Assembly: GCA_022562055.1 (NCBI GenBank)
Contig: JADFQA010000012.1
Span: 14,483 to 78,482, forward strand
Length of the DNA: 64,000 nucleotides
Direction: 5' to 3'
From: Acidobacteriota bacterium
Lineage (GTDB): Bacteria > Actinomycetota > Acidimicrobiia > Spongiisociales > UBA5794
The notes beneath the pieces are model-generated. The model was not told the DNA's origin, did not search any database, and saw only the letters and a list, made by a program, of their open reading frames with translations. A program made the position numbers and the translations under genes. This document shows positions 32,427 to 44,311 of this stretch, in pieces; within the stretch, counting starts at the first letter, position 1, and each line of letters starts with the position of its first letter.

Positions 32427-32822
32427 CTACCAAACCTCACAGAGAACTTCGCCGCCGATGGAGCGCTTGCGAGCGGCCCGGTCAGTGAGAAGGCCTTCAG
32501 AAGTTGAGACAATTGCGATGCCGAGACCGCCGCGAACCCGACGAATGTCGACGGAAGACTTGTACACGCGCAGACCCGGCTTCGAAATCCGGTTGATCGC
32601 CGACAACACGCGGCTGCGGTCTTCGTTGTATCGCAACCTGATCGTAAGAGTTTTTCCGGGGTTGGCATCTTCGATGCGGTAGCTATCAGCGTAACCCTCG
32701 GCAACAAGAACCTTGGCAATCGCTTCTTTCATCTTCGATGACGGCATAGAAGTCTCAGGATGCAACGCCTGATTGGCGTTACGAATCCTGGTGAGCATGT
32801 CTGCAATGGGATCTGTGTACAT
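32427..32822 (-). CDS. rpsH: 30S ribosomal protein S8
   Basis: [14 protein letters not shown]. Confidence 0.95.
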   Translation of the reverse strand: MYTDPIADMLTRIRNANQALHPETSMPSSKMKEAIAKVLVAEGYADSYRIEDANPGKTLTIRLRYNEDRSRVLSAINRISKPGLRVYKSSVDIRRVRGGLGIAIVSTSEGLLTDRAARKRSIGGEVLCEVW

Positions 32823-32824
32823 TC

Positions 32825-33130
32825 CTACCACGAGGCCTTTCGTACGCCGGGAAGTTCGCCGCGGTGCGCAAGTTCGCGCAACGTGATGCGCGAAACCCCG
32901 AACTTGCGGTAGTAGCCACGTGGGCGCCCGGTCTGGCCGCAGCGGTTGCGATACCGCGTCGCCGAAGCATCGCGCGGCATCTTTGCGATCGCTTGATACG
33001 CGACCCGCTTAGCTTCATAACTTGCGTTCGGATCCTTGATGACCACGACAAGTTCAGCGCGCCGGTCCGCGTAACGTTCGACTATGGCCTTGCGGCGTTT
33101 GTTCTTTTCGATCATTGATGTTTTCGCCAT
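32825..33130 (-). CDS. rpsN: 30S ribosomal protein S14 (long, non-zinc type)
   Basis: 101 aa, no CxxC motifs. Confidence 0.93.
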   Translation of the reverse strand: MAKTSMIEKNKRRKAIVERYADRRAELVVVIKDPNASYEAKRVAYQAIAKMPRDASATRYRNRCGQTGRPRGYYRKFGVSRITLRELAHRGELPGVRKASW

Positions 33131-33688
33131 TTACACACCTGCCTGTTGCTGGCGGAACGGGAAGCCGAAAGCGGCAAGCAGGGCACGGCCCTCTTCGTCC
33201 GTCCTGGCCGTAGTTACAAGAGTTATGTCCATACCGCGTACCTTGACAACCTTGTCGTAGTCGATCTCGGGGAACATGAGCTGTTCCTTCACACCAAAGG
33301 TGTAGTTGCCGTTGCCGTCAAAACCCTTCGGGTTAAGACCGCGAAAGTCGCGGATACGGGGAATTGCGAGCGTCACGAGACGATCGAAAAACTCCCACAT
33401 CCGGTCACCGCGCAGCGTCACCGATGCTCCGATTGCTTGCCCCTCGCGCAGTTTGAAGTTTGAAATCGACTTTTTGGCCCGGTTCACCTTCGGCTGCTGA
33501 CCGGTAATGACGCGTAAATCCTCCACCGCAGCGTTGACCAACTTGGAGTCGCCGGTTGCGTCGCCAACCCCCATGTTGACAACGATTTTTTGCATACGAG
33601 GCGTCTGCATGACGTTCTCGAGTCCAAGCTCCTCGCGAAGTTTGGTCGCAATCGAGTCGCCATACATGGTTTTTAAACGAGGAATCAC
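33131..33688 (-). CDS. rplE: 50S ribosomal protein L5
   Basis: Homology. Confidence 0.95.
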   Translation of the reverse strand: MIPRLKTMYGDSIATKLREELGLENVMQTPRMQKIVVNMGVGDATGDSKLVNAAVEDLRVITGQQPKVNRAKKSISNFKLREGQAIGASVTLRGDRMWEFFDRLVTLAIPRIRDFRGLNPKGFDGNGNYTFGVKEQLMFPEIDYDKVVKVRGMDITLVTTARTDEEGRALLAAFGFPFRQQQAGV

Positions 33689-33993
33689 TTGAGATCACTC
33701 CCACACTTGCGACATATCCGCAGCTTGGCGCCGCCGTCGTCAAAACGGTACCCAATCTTGGTGGGACCACAATCGGGGCACACGATCATCACGTTCGATA
33801 CCGCAATGGGCTGATCCATGTCAATGATGCCGCCCTGCATTGCGTCACCCTGGGGACGGGTGTGCCGCTTGGCGGTAGCGACGCCCTCGACAACGATGCG
33901 ATCGCGCTTTTTGTAGACATGGGTGATCTTCGCTTCGACACCCTTGTCCTTGCCCGCAATAACCCGAACGTTGTCACCGACTCGTAACTTCAT
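33685..33993 (-). CDS. rplX: 50S ribosomal protein L24
   Basis: Homology. Confidence 0.95.
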   Translation of the reverse strand: MKLRVGDNVRVIAGKDKGVEAKITHVYKKRDRIVVEGVATAKRHTRPQGDAMQGGIIDMDQPIAVSNVMIVCPDCGPTKIGYRFDDGGAKLRICRKCGSDLK

Positions 33994-34361
33994 CAGATCA
34001 CCTCTGGGGCGAGCGAGACGATGCGCATAAACTTCTTGTCGCGCAACTCACGAGCGACGGGACCGAAAATACGGGTGCCACGGAGCTGGCTGTTGTCGTC
34101 GATAATCACACAGGCGTTGTCGTCGAACCGAATATAGGTGCCATCGCTACGGCGGCGCTCCTTGCGCGTACGCACAACGACAGCCTTAACGACTTCGCCC
34201 TTCTTGACGTTGCCACCGGGTGTTGCATCCTTGACCGTACAGACAATGACGTCACCAACGAACGCGTATCGACGCCCGGACCCACCGAGCACGCGGATAC
34301 ACAGCACCTCTCGGGCACCCGAGTTATCGGCGACTTTGAGTCTGCTCTCTTGTTGGATCAT
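33993..34361 (-). CDS. rplN: 50S ribosomal protein L14
   Basis: [16 protein letters not shown]. Confidence 0.96.
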   Translation of the reverse strand: MIQQESRLKVADNSGAREVLCIRVLGGSGRRYAFVGDVIVCTVKDATPGGNVKKGEVVKAVVVRTRKERRRSDGTYIRFDDNACVIIDDNSQLRGTRIFGPVARELRDKKFMRIVSLAPEVI

Positions 34362-34612
34362 CGGGCTCGCTCCACAATTTCTGATACGCGCCAGCGCTTG
34401 GTCTTAGACAACGGACGTGTCTCGACAATGCGGACGGTGTCACCCATACGAGCGTCATTGTTCTCGTCGTGGGCATGGAATCGCTTCCGAACAGGGATCG
34501 TCTTGGAGTAACGACGATGCTGCTTGGAGTCTCTAACCTCAACGGTAACCGTTTTATCGCGGGCATCCGAAACGACGGTGCCAGTGCGGACCTTGCGGCG
34601 TCCTCGTTCCAT
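34358..34612 (-). CDS. rpsQ: 30S ribosomal protein S17
   Basis: Homology. Confidence 0.93.
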   Translation of the reverse strand: MERGRRKVRTGTVVSDARDKTVTVEVRDSKQHRRYSKTIPVRKRFHAHDENNDARMGDTVRIVETRPLSKTKRWRVSEIVERAR

Positions 34613-34830
34613 TAGTTGTCCTCCTGCTGGCGTTGCCATGCGTCAAGTTCTTGCTGAGCCATCACCGTACGAATTCGGGCGATGTCTTTCTTCACCTGAC
34701 CCATGCGGGTGGTGTTGTCAAGCTGATTGGTAGCGAGTTGAAAACGGAGATTGAAGAGTTCCTCTTTGGACTCTCCGAGTTTCTCACCGAGTTCGTCGTA
34801 TGTGAGGTCCGTAAGTTCGGCGATTTTCAT
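34612..34830 (-). CDS. rpmC: 50S ribosomal protein L29
   Basis: Homology. Confidence 0.93.
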   Translation of the reverse strand: MKIAELTDLTYDELGEKLGESKEELFNLRFQLATNQLDNTTRMGQVKKDIARIRTVMAQQELDAWQRQQEDN

Positions 34831-35240
34831 ATGAGCTCCCGCTTCACAAACTTGGTCTTCATAGGAAGCTTATGGGCAGCAAGCCGCAGCGCCTCGCGGG
34901 CACGCTCCTCGGAGATCCCCGCCATCTCAAACATGACCCGCCCCGGCTTGATGACAGCAACCCAGTACTCGGGGTTGCCTTTTCCCGATCCCATACGGGT
35001 CTCCGCCGGTTTTTCGGTAATCGGTTTGTCTGGAAACACGTTTATCCAAACTTTTCCGTCGCGCTTCACCGACCTGGTCATCGCAATACGCGCCGCCTCT
35101 ATTTGGCGAGCGGTCAGCCATCCACGTTCCTGCGCTTGGAGACCAAACTCACCAAACGACACGGTCGAGCCACCCTTGGTGGACCCCTTCATCCTGCCTT
35201 TTTGGACCTTGCGGTACTTTGTGCGCTTAGGCATCAACAT
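34827..35240 (-). CDS. rplP: 50S ribosomal protein L16
   Basis: Homology. Confidence 0.96.
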   Translation of the reverse strand: MLMPKRTKYRKVQKGRMKGSTKGGSTVSFGEFGLQAQERGWLTARQIEAARIAMTRSVKRDGKVWINVFPDKPITEKPAETRMGSGKGNPEYWVAVIKPGRVMFEMAGISEERAREALRLAAHKLPMKTKFVKRELI

Positions 35241-35242
35241 GA

Positions 35243-36448
35243 CTAGGCACCCTTGCCGTCAGAGTCAGGGGCCCCGCTAGCGTCAGCAGCCTCGTCAGCG
35301 TCAGCGGCCCCGTCGGCAGCGGCATCCTCAGACGTGTCGCCTTCGGCAACTGCCTCTGGAGTAGCGCCGTCGTCGGATGAGGTGTCACTGTCAGACGCGT
35401 CATCGACGTCTACGGCCTCGGTCGTCGAACTCTCTGAAGAGTCTTGGGTGACGTCAATGGCATCTGTCTGAGACTCGGTCTTTGTCTCCACGTCGCTCGT
35501 GGACGTTTGCTCGCTCGAGACATCCGCGGCCACGTCGGTGGCCGTGGTGCCGTCGACAGCGCCGCGTGCATCGTCAAGCTCTTCCTTAACATCGGCGGCC
35601 GACACTGTGGGTGTGTCTTCGTGCTTTGGACGACGTTTACCGCCGCCGGCCTCAACAAGACGTTTGCCGCCGCCGGCCTCGATGATCTTGCGTGGGCCGG
35701 TAGGACCACCGCCTTTTGCGGCTGCCTCGGCACGAGACTTCGCCGGGCGACGGCGATTCGACGGACCACCTGCAGCGAGCCGAGCCTCGGCCGCAATCTT
35801 GTCTGCGCGCCCGAGCAGTGATGGTGAAACATCACCCTTGTACACCCACACCTTGATGCCGATCGTTCCGACGGTGGTGTGCGCGGTGGCGACGCCGTAG
35901 TCAATGTCGGCGCGCAGGGTGTGCAATGGCACACGACCTTCGAGGTACCACTCTCGACGACCCATGTCAGCGCCGCCGAGACGACCAGACGCCTGCACAC
36001 GGACACCCTCAGCACCTGCCTTGAGCGCGGTTGCGACAGTGCGCTTCATAGCTCGCCGGAAAGACACCCGACCCTCAAGCTGGTCAGCGACCGAACGGGC
36101 GAGCAGCGTCGCATCGAGCTCGGCGTTCTGGACCTCTATGACGTTGAACTTCACAATGAGACCGGTGAGTTTCTCAAGCCCGCGGCGCATCCGCTCGGCC
36201 TCAGAACCTGCGCGACCAATCACAACACCAGGTCGCCCCGTGTGGATATCGATCTGGACCTTCTTGTCACCGATTCGTTCGATGTCTATCCGCGAGATTG
36301 CACCGCGCGATAGTTCAGTCGTGAGATACGTGCGGATATCGGCGTCTTGGTTGACCTGGAACGCGTAGTCCTTTTCGGAGTACCAGCGTGACTTCCAGTC
36401 CGTGACGATGCCCAGACGGAGTCCGTACGGATGTATTTTCTGTCCCAC
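35243..36448 (-). CDS. rpsC: 30S ribosomal protein S3 with a roughly 150-170 aa acidic, S/T/A/D/E-rich C-terminal extension (GTG start overlapping the rplV stop)
   Basis: N-terminal [12 protein letters not shown]; KH and S3-C domains, then a low-complexity tail ...[25 protein letters not shown]...[19 protein letters not shown]. Confidence 0.9.
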   Translation of the reverse strand: MGQKIHPYGLRLGIVTDWKSRWYSEKDYAFQVNQDADIRTYLTTELSRGAISRIDIERIGDKKVQIDIHTGRPGVVIGRAGSEAERMRRGLEKLTGLIVKFNVIEVQNAELDATLLARSVADQLEGRVSFRRAMKRTVATALKAGAEGVRVQASGRLGGADMGRREWYLEGRVPLHTLRADIDYGVATAHTTVGTIGIKVWVYKGDVSPSLLGRADKIAAEARLAAGGPSNRRRPAKSRAEAAAKGGGPTGPRKIIEAGGGKRLVEAGGGKRRPKHEDTPTVSAADVKEELDDARGAVDGTTATDVAADVSSEQTSTSDVETKTESQTDAIDVTQDSSESSTTEAVDVDDASDSDTSSDDGATPEAVAEGDTSEDAAADGAADADEAADASGAPDSDGKGA

Positions 36449-36789
36449 TACGCCTCCTCTCTTTCGGATACAACGATGGTGATGTGACAGGTGCGCTTGC
36501 GAATCTTGGTTGCGCGGCCACGAGCACGTGGGCGCCAACGTTTCAGCGTCGGACCTTCGTCGGCGTATGCCTCAGAAATGAACAACTCATCTGCGTCGAG
36601 AGCATGGTTGTGCTCAGCGTTTGCGACGGCGGAATCGAGGACCTTCAGGATGGTGTCAGCCGCTCTGCGATTGGTAAACCTCAACACATCGCTGGCTTCG
36701 TCGACCGGAAGTTCGCGAACCAAATCGAGAACTCGACGGACCTTATACGGTGACTGACGGATGTACTTCGCCTGCGCTTTGACGTTCAT
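36448..36789 (-). CDS. rplV: 50S ribosomal protein L22
   Basis: Homology. Confidence 0.95.
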   Translation of the reverse strand: MNVKAQAKYIRQSPYKVRRVLDLVRELPVDEASDVLRFTNRRAADTILKVLDSAVANAEHNHALDADELFISEAYADEGPTLKRWRPRARGRATKIRKRTCHITIVVSEREEA

Positions 36790-37064
36790 CGGCGCCTCGA
36801 TGACTTGTCAGCAACGTGGCCGCGGAAGGTGCGCGTTGGTGCGAACTCGCCAAGCTTGTGCCCCACCATGGACTCGCTGATGTAGACGGGCACATGCTTG
36901 CGCCCGTCATGCACTGCAATCGTGTGCCCGACCATGTCGGGAATGATGGTGGAGCGGCGGCTCCAAGTGCGGATAACACGCTTTTCGCCACGCTCGTTTG
37001 CGCCTTCGATCTTCCGCAGAAGGTGCTCATCGACGAACGGGCCCTTTTTGAGACTTCTCGCCAT
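36786..37064 (-). CDS. rpsS: 30S ribosomal protein S19
   Basis: Homology. Confidence 0.96.
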   Translation of the reverse strand: MARSLKKGPFVDEHLLRKIEGANERGEKRVIRTWSRRSTIIPDMVGHTIAVHDGRKHVPVYISESMVGHKLGEFAPTRTFRGHVADKSSRRR

Positions 37065-37067
37065 GGG

Positions 37068-37901
37068 CTACCTCTTTCCCTTCTTCGTACGACGACGCAC
37101 GATGTACTTGTCAGATGTCTTATTTGCTTTGCGGGTTCGACCCTCTGGTTTACCCCACGGACTCACCGGGTGACGACCGCCAGAACTACGACCCTCACCA
37201 CCACCGAGCGGGTGATCGACAGGGTTCATGGCAACACCGCGCGATTGCGGGCGGATGCCCTTCCAACGGTTTCTGCCGGCCTTGCCGATCTTGATGAGTT
37301 CAGCGTCGGTGTTACCAACCTGGCCGATGGTGGCGCGACAGTCGAGCAATACCTGACGCGTCTCGCCAGACGGGAGACGCAACAGAGCAAGCTTCTTCTC
37401 TTTGGACATCAGTTGGACAGCAGTGCCCGCCGCGCGGGCCATCTTGGCTCCGCCTCCGGGACGAAGCTCCACCCCGTGGACCATGGTCCCGGTCGGGATG
37501 TTGCGAAGCGGCAAGCAATTCCCTGGCCGAATGTCAGCCCCCGAACCCGACTCGAGCATGTCGCCAACCTTGATCTGCAGGGGCGCAAGGATGTACCGCT
37601 TCTCACCATCGACATAGTGCAGTAGCGCAATGCGAGCGTTGCGGTTGGGGTCGTATTCAATGGACGCAACCTTGGCCGGAATACCGTCCTTGTTGCGCCG
37701 GAAGTCGATGATCCGGTAGCGGCGTTTGTGACCGCCACCGCGATGGCGCGAAGTGATTCGGCCATAGCTGTTGCGGCCCGAAGAACGCTTCTGCTTGACA
37801 AGCAAAGACTTTTCAGGTTTCGAAGTTGTGATTTCGCCGAAGTCGGAGACGGTTTGGAACCGCCGGCCCGGCGACGTTGGTTTACGTTTCTTGACTGCCA
37901 T
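37068..37901 (-). CDS. rplB: 50S ribosomal protein L2
   Basis: Homology. Confidence 0.96.
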   Translation of the reverse strand: MAVKKRKPTSPGRRFQTVSDFGEITTSKPEKSLLVKQKRSSGRNSYGRITSRHRGGGHKRRYRIIDFRRNKDGIPAKVASIEYDPNRNARIALLHYVDGEKRYILAPLQIKVGDMLESGSGADIRPGNCLPLRNIPTGTMVHGVELRPGGGAKMARAAGTAVQLMSKEKKLALLRLPSGETRQVLLDCRATIGQVGNTDAELIKIGKAGRNRWKGIRPQSRGVAMNPVDHPLGGGEGRSSGGRHPVSPWGKPEGRTRKANKTSDKYIVRRRTKKGKR

Positions 37902-37903
37902 CG

Positions 37904-38191
37904 TTAAACCTCGAAGATGTCGATCGACTCGTCGGGGGCGAGCGTTACCAGCGCACGCTTTTGGTCCGAACGTTTCCCGATCGTGTAGCCGGTGCGCTTG
38001 CGCTTGCCTTTGCGGTTGATCGTGTTCACGGAGATCACCTTGACATCAAAGATCTTCTGAATCGCTTGTTTGATCTCGGTCTTGTTGGTCCGCGGGTGCA
38101 CGAGAAATGTGTACGTGTTGAAGTCTTCGACCAGTTGGTACGACTTTTCGGAGACAACCGGGGAAAGGATTACGTCGCGGGCGTCCTTCAT
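37904..38191 (-). CDS. rplW: 50S ribosomal protein L23
   Basis: Homology. Confidence 0.93.
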   Translation of the reverse strand: MKDARDVILSPVVSEKSYQLVEDFNTYTFLVHPRTNKTEIKQAIQKIFDVKVISVNTINRKGKRKRTGYTIGKRSDQKRALVTLAPDESIDIFEV

Positions 38192-38910
38192 GCGTCGTCA
38201 CCCCCCGAAGATTCTGCGCTGTCGCTCGCAGCGGCGTCGCCTTGTGCAGCAGCGACCTGAGCAGCATGCTCGGATGAACCACGCGGCACGTTCTGCCCCA
38301 ACTCGAGCGTTCCTTTGCTCATCACGATCGTATCGGCCCACAGCACGTCGTACGTGTTCGCCTGTCCGACGTTGCTTGCAATCACACGCTTGATGTTGCG
38401 GAACGACTTGATCGCAATTCGTTCGTGGTCCTCAGCCAACAAGAGAACCTTGCCGGTTACACCCATGGCGTCGAGCAACTTGACTGCATTTTTCGTCTTG
38501 GGACCGTCCCAATCGAACTCTGCAACAACTTTGATCTGCTGCTCGGCTGCGCGAATCGACAGCGCCGAACGCAGCGCAAGACGACGCATCTTCTTTGGCG
38601 TCCGCTGCGTGTAGTCACGAGGTTTTGGCCCATGGGCAATACCACCGCCTATCCACTGCGGAGAACGGATCGATCCGTGTCGTGCACGACCGAGACCCTT
38701 CTGACGCCATGGTTTGCGCCCACCACCACGCACCTCAGCGCGGGTCTTGGTGGAGTGCGTTCCTTGACGGGCAGCGGCGAGCTGTGCTGTGACGACCTGA
38801 TGCATCACGTCCTTGTTTGGCTCGATACCAAAGATGTCCGCGTTCAGCTCGACCTGACCGTGTGGGGTTCCGTCGGCGCTGTAGAGGTCGGCAGTGATCT
38901 TGCTAGCCAT
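38188..38910 (-). CDS. rplD: 50S ribosomal protein L4 (short acidic C-terminal tail)
   Basis: Homology; tail ...[20 protein letters not shown]. Confidence 0.94.
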   Translation of the reverse strand: MASKITADLYSADGTPHGQVELNADIFGIEPNKDVMHQVVTAQLAAARQGTHSTKTRAEVRGGGRKPWRQKGLGRARHGSIRSPQWIGGGIAHGPKPRDYTQRTPKKMRRLALRSALSIRAAEQQIKVVAEFDWDGPKTKNAVKLLDAMGVTGKVLLLAEDHERIAIKSFRNIKRVIASNVGQANTYDVLWADTIVMSKGTLELGQNVPRGSSEHAAQVAAAQGDAAASDSAESSGGDDA

Positions 38911-39541
38911 GTGCCTTCACCGCCTCGCGAATGATGACAAGGCCGCGTTTGTTGCCGGGCACTGCGCCTCTGACCATCAATAGGCCCCGATCAGCATCGA
39001 TCTTTGCAATCGTGAGGTTCATAGCTGTGCGTGTGTTACCACCCATGCGACCAGGCATACGCTTCCCCTTGTGGACACGGGCAGGTGTTGCACAGGCGCC
39101 GATCGACCCTGGTGCTCGGTGAACCCGATGTGCCCCATGGGAGGCGGGCATGCCCTTGAAGTTGTGGCGTTTCATCACCCCGGCAAATCCCTTGCCCTTG
39201 GTGACACCCGCAACGTCGATCTTCTGACCGACCTCGAACAGATCGGTGATCGATATCTCCTGACCGAGTGAGTACTGCGAAACGTCGTCGACACGAATTT
39301 CGACAATGTGCTTCGCCGGCGCAACACCCGACTTTGCGAAGTGGCCTGCTGTTGGGCGATTGACGTGACGCTCTGGCAACTCTTTGTATGCGATCTGGAT
39401 CGCCTCATACCCGTCGTTGTCCTGCGTTTTGATTTGTGTGACGTGAACGGGACCAGCCTTGATGATGGTCACCGGAATTACCCGGTTCTCATCATCGAAG
39501 ATCTGAGTCATGCCCAGCTTTTCGCCAAGAATCGCTTTCAC
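38903..39541 (-). CDS. rplC: 50S ribosomal protein L3
   Basis: Homology. Confidence 0.95.
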   Translation of the reverse strand: MKAILGEKLGMTQIFDDENRVIPVTIIKAGPVHVTQIKTQDNDGYEAIQIAYKELPERHVNRPTAGHFAKSGVAPAKHIVEIRVDDVSQYSLGQEISITDLFEVGQKIDVAGVTKGKGFAGVMKRHNFKGMPASHGAHRVHRAPGSIGACATPARVHKGKRMPGRMGGNTRTAMNLTIAKIDADRGLLMVRGAVPGNKRGLVIIREAVKAHG

Positions 39542-39849
39542 GTCTTGATCTCCACTTCAACCCCGGCGGGCAGATCGAGACGCATGAGAGCGTCCACTGT
39601 CTTTGGCGTCGGATCAAGAATGTCAATCAAACGCTTGTGGATACGTATCTCGAAGTGCTCGCGGCTCGTCTTATCGACATGCGGGCCACGGATGACGCAG
39701 TACCGGTGGATACGGGTCGGCAACGGAATCGGGCCCTTGATCTTCGCTTGGGTACGAATCACCGTTTCTGCAATTTTGCGCGCCGACTCATCAACCACTG
39801 AGTGGTCGTAGGCCTTGAGTCTGATCCGGATCCTGTGTTCGTTAGCCAT
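39538..39849 (-). CDS. rpsJ: 30S ribosomal protein S10
   Basis: Homology; 20 nt downstream of tuf. Confidence 0.96.
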   Translation of the reverse strand: MANEHRIRIRLKAYDHSVVDESARKIAETVIRTQAKIKGPIPLPTRIHRYCVIRGPHVDKTSREHFEIRIHKRLIDILDPTPKTVDALMRLDLPAGVEVEIKT

Positions 39850-39869
39850 GGTTCAGTAACTCCCAGTCC

Positions 39870-41060
39870 CTACTTGATGATTTTGGTGACTCGGCCGGCA
39901 CCAACAGTCCGCCCACCCTCACGAATAGCGAACCGCAACCCCTCATCCATAGCAATCGGATTAATCAACTCAACCGTCATCTCAGTGTTATCACCAGGCA
40001 TCACCATCTCCGTACCCTCAGGCAACGACACCGAACCAGTCACATCCGTCGTCCGAAAATAAAACTGCGGACGATACCCATCAAAAAACGGGTTCTGACG
40101 CCCACCCTCATTACGCGTCAACACATACACCTGAGCCTCAAACAACGTATGAGGAGTAATCGAACCCGGCGCCGCAATCACCTGACCACGCTCCACATCC
40201 TCCTTACCCGTCCCCCGCAACAACAACCCAACATTGTCACCAGCATGAGCCTCATCCAACAACTTACGAAACATCTCCACCCCAGTAACCGTCGTCTTCT
40301 GCAACGCCCGAATACCAACAATGTCAACCTCAGACGCAATCTTCAACCATCACTGCTCAACCCGCCCAGTCACCACAGTCCCCCGCCCAGTAATCGAAAA
40401 CACATCCTCAATCGGCATCAAAAACGGCTTATCCATATCCCGCTCAGGCAACAAAATGTACTCATCAACAGCCGCCATCAACTCCAAAACCTGAGCCGAA
40501 GCACCCTCATCACCCTCCAACGCCAACAACGCCGAACCACGAATCACCGGAACCTCATCACCCGGGAACTCATACTCCGACAACAACTCCCGAACCTCCA
40601 ACTCAACAAGATCCAACAACTCCTCATCATCCACCATGTCAACCTTATTCAAAAAGACAACAATCCGAGGAACCCCAACCTGCAACGCCAACAACACATG
40701 CTCACGCGTCTGCGGCATCGGACCATCAGCAGCCGACACCACCAAAATCGCACCATCAATCTGCGCAGCACCCGTAATCATATTCTTCACATAATCAGCA
40801 TGACCCGGCATATCAACATGCGCATAATGACGATTCACCGTCTCATACTCCACATGAGAAATCGCAATCGTAATACCACGCTCACGCTCCTCAGGAGCAT
40901 TATCAATCTCATCAAAAGCAGTGAACTGCGTCACCCCACCAACAGTCTCAGCCAACACCCGCGTAATCGCAGCAGTCAACGTCGTCTTCCCATGATCAAT
41001 ATGACCCATCGTCCCAACATTCACATGCGGCTTCACCCGCTCAAACTTCTCCTTAGCCAT
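39870..41060 (-). pseudogene. tuf: Elongation factor Tu, copy 1 (str operon position), interrupted by an in-frame TGA at 40350-40352; highly atypical codon usage
   Basis: The ORF track splits EF-Tu into 40350..41060 and 39870..40346. Copy 2 reads ...[15 protein letters not shown] where copy 1 reads ...[14 protein letters not shown]. Third codon positions are almost exclusively G or T. Confidence 0.85.
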
Positions 41061-41074
41061 AACGGCGACTCCTT

Positions 41075-43177
41075 CTATTCGCCACGAACCTTGGCAACAA
41101 TTTCTTGCGCCACGGTGCTCGGGACTTCTTGGTACGAATGAAACTGCATGCTGTAGCTGGCGCGACCTTTGGTTCGAGAACGAAGATCGCTCACGTAGCC
41201 AAACATCTCTGCCAGCGGCGTCAATGCATTGATGATTTTGATGGGTCCACGGGAATCCATGGACTCAACCTTTCCACGACGAGCGGAGATATCACCGATG
41301 ACATCTCCCAAGTGCTCTTCTGGTGTGACTACCTCGACCTCCATTATGGGTTCGAGAAGTTTTATGCCCGCCCGCTCGGCAGCCGCTTTGAGGGCCATTG
41401 AACCGGCGATTCGGAACGCCATCTCGTTCGAGTCCACGTTATGGCTCGAGCCGTCGATCAGCGTTGCCTTTAGGTCGACAAGCGGGAATCCCGCGAGAAC
41501 ACCGGCTTCGAGAACGTCGCGCATTCCTTTTTCTGCAGCGGGGATAAACTCGCGTGGAACGGACCCACCCTTGATTTTGTCGATGAATTCGAATCCTGAC
41601 CCCGGCGCACCTGGTTCAAGGTTGATAACGACGTGGCCGTACATACCGGAGCCACCGGTCTGCTTCTTCAGCTTGCCGTCAATCTTGGTAACTGCCCTTT
41701 TGATCGTCTCGCGATACGCGACCTGAGGCCGACCGACATCAGCCTCGACCTTGAACTCGCGTCGCAAACGGTCGACAAGGATATCGAGGTGCAGTTCGCC
41801 CATGCCTGCAATGATCGTCTGACCTGTCTCCTCGTCGGTGTGGACCACAAACGTCGGGTCTTCTTCGGCAAGACGCATGAGGCCTTCGCCGAGTTTGTCC
41901 TGAGCGGCCTTGTTCTTCGGCTCAATCGCCACCGAAATCACAGGATCGGGGAAGGTCATCGACTCGAGTTGGATCGGTGCGTCCTGAGCGGACAGGGTGT
42001 GCCCGGTCTTCGTTGCTTTCAACCCAACCGCCGCCACAATGTCACCGGTGCGAACCTCGTCAATATCCTCTTGCGTGTTTGCATGCATGCGCAGCAAACG
42101 TCCGAACCGCTCGCGCTTTCCGGTGGTCGCGTTCACGACGGTGTCGCCCCTCTTGGCCCACCCCGAGTACACGCGGAAGTAGGTGAGTTTCCCAACATAG
42201 GGATCGGACATGATCTTGAATGCCAACGCCGAGAATGGCTCGTCATCGCTCGGCTTGCGCTCGAGTATCTCGTCCTCTTTTCCTGGTCTGAAACCGGTCA
42301 TCGGGGGAACATCGAGCGGGCTTGGAAGATACATCACCACGCCGTCGAGGAGACCCTGGACGCCCTTGTTTTTGAGGGCAGATCCGAGAAGTACCGGTAC
42401 GAAATCGTGGTTGATGGTGCCTTTACGAATGGCCGCACGCAGCTCATCGGGGGTGATTTCCTCGTCAGAGAGATATTTCTCAAGGAGGTCGGCGTCCTCT
42501 GCCGCAACAATGTCGAGCAGCTTTGCGCGATACTCATCGGCCTGCTCCTGGAGCTCGGCCGGGATGTCTACAACGTCCCACTCTTTGCCGTCGTCGGTTT
42601 TGCCGTCGTCGGTGTCCCGATACACGATTGCTTTCATATCGACGAGGTCGATGGCGCCGGAAAAGTCACCCTCAACTCCCACCGGAATCTGAACGGCGAC
42701 TGGGTTACCACCGAGGCGATCGACAATCGAATCGATAGCGGCAAAGTAGTCTGCGCCGATCCGATCCATCTTGTTGATGAAGCAGATGCGGGGGACCCCG
42801 TACTTGTCGGCTTGACGCCATACAGTCTCTGACTGCGGCTCAACACCTGAGACCGCATCGAAAACCGCAACCGCGCCATCGAGAACACGAAGCGACCGCT
42901 CGACCTCGACCGTGAAATCGACGTGCCCAGGCGTATCAATAATGTTGATGGTGTGATCATCCCAAAGGCACGTGGTGGCGGCAGACGTAATAGTGATGCC
43001 GCGTTCCTGCTCCTGCTCCATCCAGTCCATGACAGCAGACCCCTCGTGGACCTCACCGATCTTGTACGTGCGACCGGTGTAGTAGAGGATCCGCTCTGTC
43101 ACTGTCGTCTTACCGGCATCGATGTGAGCCATGATGCCGATATTGCGAACCGTTTCGAGTTTCATACTGCGTGCCAT
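41075..43177 (-). CDS. fusA: Elongation factor G
   Basis: [10 protein letters not shown]-domain; 700 aa. Confidence 0.97.
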   Translation of the reverse strand: MARSMKLETVRNIGIMAHIDAGKTTVTERILYYTGRTYKIGEVHEGSAVMDWMEQEQERGITITSAATTCLWDDHTINIIDTPGHVDFTVEVERSLRVLDGAVAVFDAVSGVEPQSETVWRQADKYGVPRICFINKMDRIGADYFAAIDSIVDRLGGNPVAVQIPVGVEGDFSGAIDLVDMKAIVYRDTDDGKTDDGKEWDVVDIPAELQEQADEYRAKLLDIVAAEDADLLEKYLSDEEITPDELRAAIRKGTINHDFVPVLLGSALKNKGVQGLLDGVVMYLPSPLDVPPMTGFRPGKEDEILERKPSDDEPFSALAFKIMSDPYVGKLTYFRVYSGWAKRGDTVVNATTGKRERFGRLLRMHANTQEDIDEVRTGDIVAAVGLKATKTGHTLSAQDAPIQLESMTFPDPVISVAIEPKNKAAQDKLGEGLMRLAEEDPTFVVHTDEETGQTIIAGMGELHLDILVDRLRREFKVEADVGRPQVAYRETIKRAVTKIDGKLKKQTGGSGMYGHVVINLEPGAPGSGFEFIDKIKGGSVPREFIPAAEKGMRDVLEAGVLAGFPLVDLKATLIDGSSHNVDSNEMAFRIAGSMALKAAAERAGIKLLEPIMEVEVVTPEEHLGDVIGDISARRGKVESMDSRGPIKIINALTPLAEMFGYVSDLRSRTKGRASYSMQFHSYQEVPSTVAQEIVAKVRGE

Positions 43178-43182
43178 ATGAT

Positions 43183-43650
43183 TTACCAGCGATAGTGCGC
43201 AAAAGCCCTGTTGGACTCAGCCATCTTGTGAATATCTTCGCGACGTTTCACGGCAGCGCCGCTTCGTCGTGACGCGTCGAGAATCTCGTTGGCGAGACGC
43301 TCAGACATGGTGCTTTCCTTGCGCTTGCGAGCGAACTCCACGAGCCAGCGAACGGCGAGAGTCTGGGAACGGCGCGGCCGTACCTCGACAGGCACCTGGT
43401 ACGACGCACCGCCGACTCGACGGGAGCGAACCTCAAGAGTCGGACGAACATTTTCGATCGCGCGCGTCAGCACAGGCAACGGATCGCCGCCGGTGCGGCG
43501 TTCAACCGTGTCCATGGCCCCGTAGACAATACGACGGGCGGCGCCCTTCTTGCCTTTCAACAAAACCTTGTTGATGACCTGAGTAACCAACGTCGAGTCG
43601 TAGATCGGATCGGCCTCAAGAACGCGGACTTCCGCGGGAGCTCTGCGCAT
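43183..43650 (-). CDS. rpsG: 30S ribosomal protein S7
   Basis: Homology. Confidence 0.95.
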   Translation of the reverse strand: MRRAPAEVRVLEADPIYDSTLVTQVINKVLLKGKKGAARRIVYGAMDTVERRTGGDPLPVLTRAIENVRPTLEVRSRRVGGASYQVPVEVRPRRSQTLAVRWLVEFARKRKESTMSERLANEILDASRRSGAAVKRREDIHKMAESNRAFAHYRW

Positions 43651-43652
43651 GG

Positions 43653-44024
43653 CTACTGACCCTTCTTCGTGCCGTAGCGGGACCGGGACTGCTTGCGGCC
43701 ATCGACTCCGGAAGCATCAAGTGCGCCGCGGATGACTTTGTAACGAACGCCAGGGAGATCCTTCACACGACCGCCACGCACGAGAACAATGCTGTGCTCC
43801 TGGAGGTTGTGTCCTTCACCAGGGATGTAGGCGGTAACTTCCATCCCCGAGGTCAGGCGAACGCGACATACCTTGCGGAGCGCCGAGTTCGGCTTTTTTG
43901 GCGTGACTGTGTACACGCGCGTGCACACGCCACGTCGCTGAGGTGACCCGGCGAGACCGAGCGTTTTCGACTTCTTCACCTTTGGCTTCCGCCCTTGGCG
44001 GACTAACTGCTGCACAGTCGGCAC
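43653..44024 (-). CDS. rpsL: 30S ribosomal protein S12 (GTG start at VPTVQQL; ORF track 44060)
   Basis: [12 protein letters not shown]... Confidence 0.95.
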   Translation of the reverse strand: MPTVQQLVRQGRKPKVKKSKTLGLAGSPQRRGVCTRVYTVTPKKPNSALRKVCRVRLTSGMEVTAYIPGEGHNLQEHSIVLVRGGRVKDLPGVRYKVIRGALDASGVDGRKQSRSRYGTKKGQ

Positions 44025-44311
44025 AGTTGCTCTTCTCTCTCTTTGGCGCACCCGTCCCATGTCATCCAGGGCGGGTTCTTACAAGCGAAAATCGGCGCCA
44101 TCACCTTTGTGATGGTGCCGACCCCGATACAGTCACTCCGTTACAACAGCGCCCGAGGGCGCTTCCGGGTAGCCGGGGACTGTGGGTGTAAACCGGTGGG
44201 TAATTATAAACACGCGTTTTCACGCGCGCAAAACAGAAGCCCGTACAGTTTCTTGTCTCACTGGCCGGTCACGCTTCGCGATACACGACAACTAGCTGTA
44301 CTCAGTTTCTC

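Noticed and set aside
40350-40352. TGA in tuf copy 1 read as Gly (alternative genetic code 25) or selenocysteine
   Set aside because: TGA is used as an ordinary stop elsewhere in the window (e.g. the 60173..61486 gene and metY). There is no SECIS-like context. The adjacent codons also differ from copy 2, which points to a mutational cluster rather than recoding.
40149-41141. 330-aa plus-strand ORF antisense to tuf
   Set aside because: Low-complexity, Q/R/N/L/H-rich translation. It exists only because the tuf template strand is depleted of T/G (few stop codons). It fully overlaps a confidently identified EF-Tu gene.
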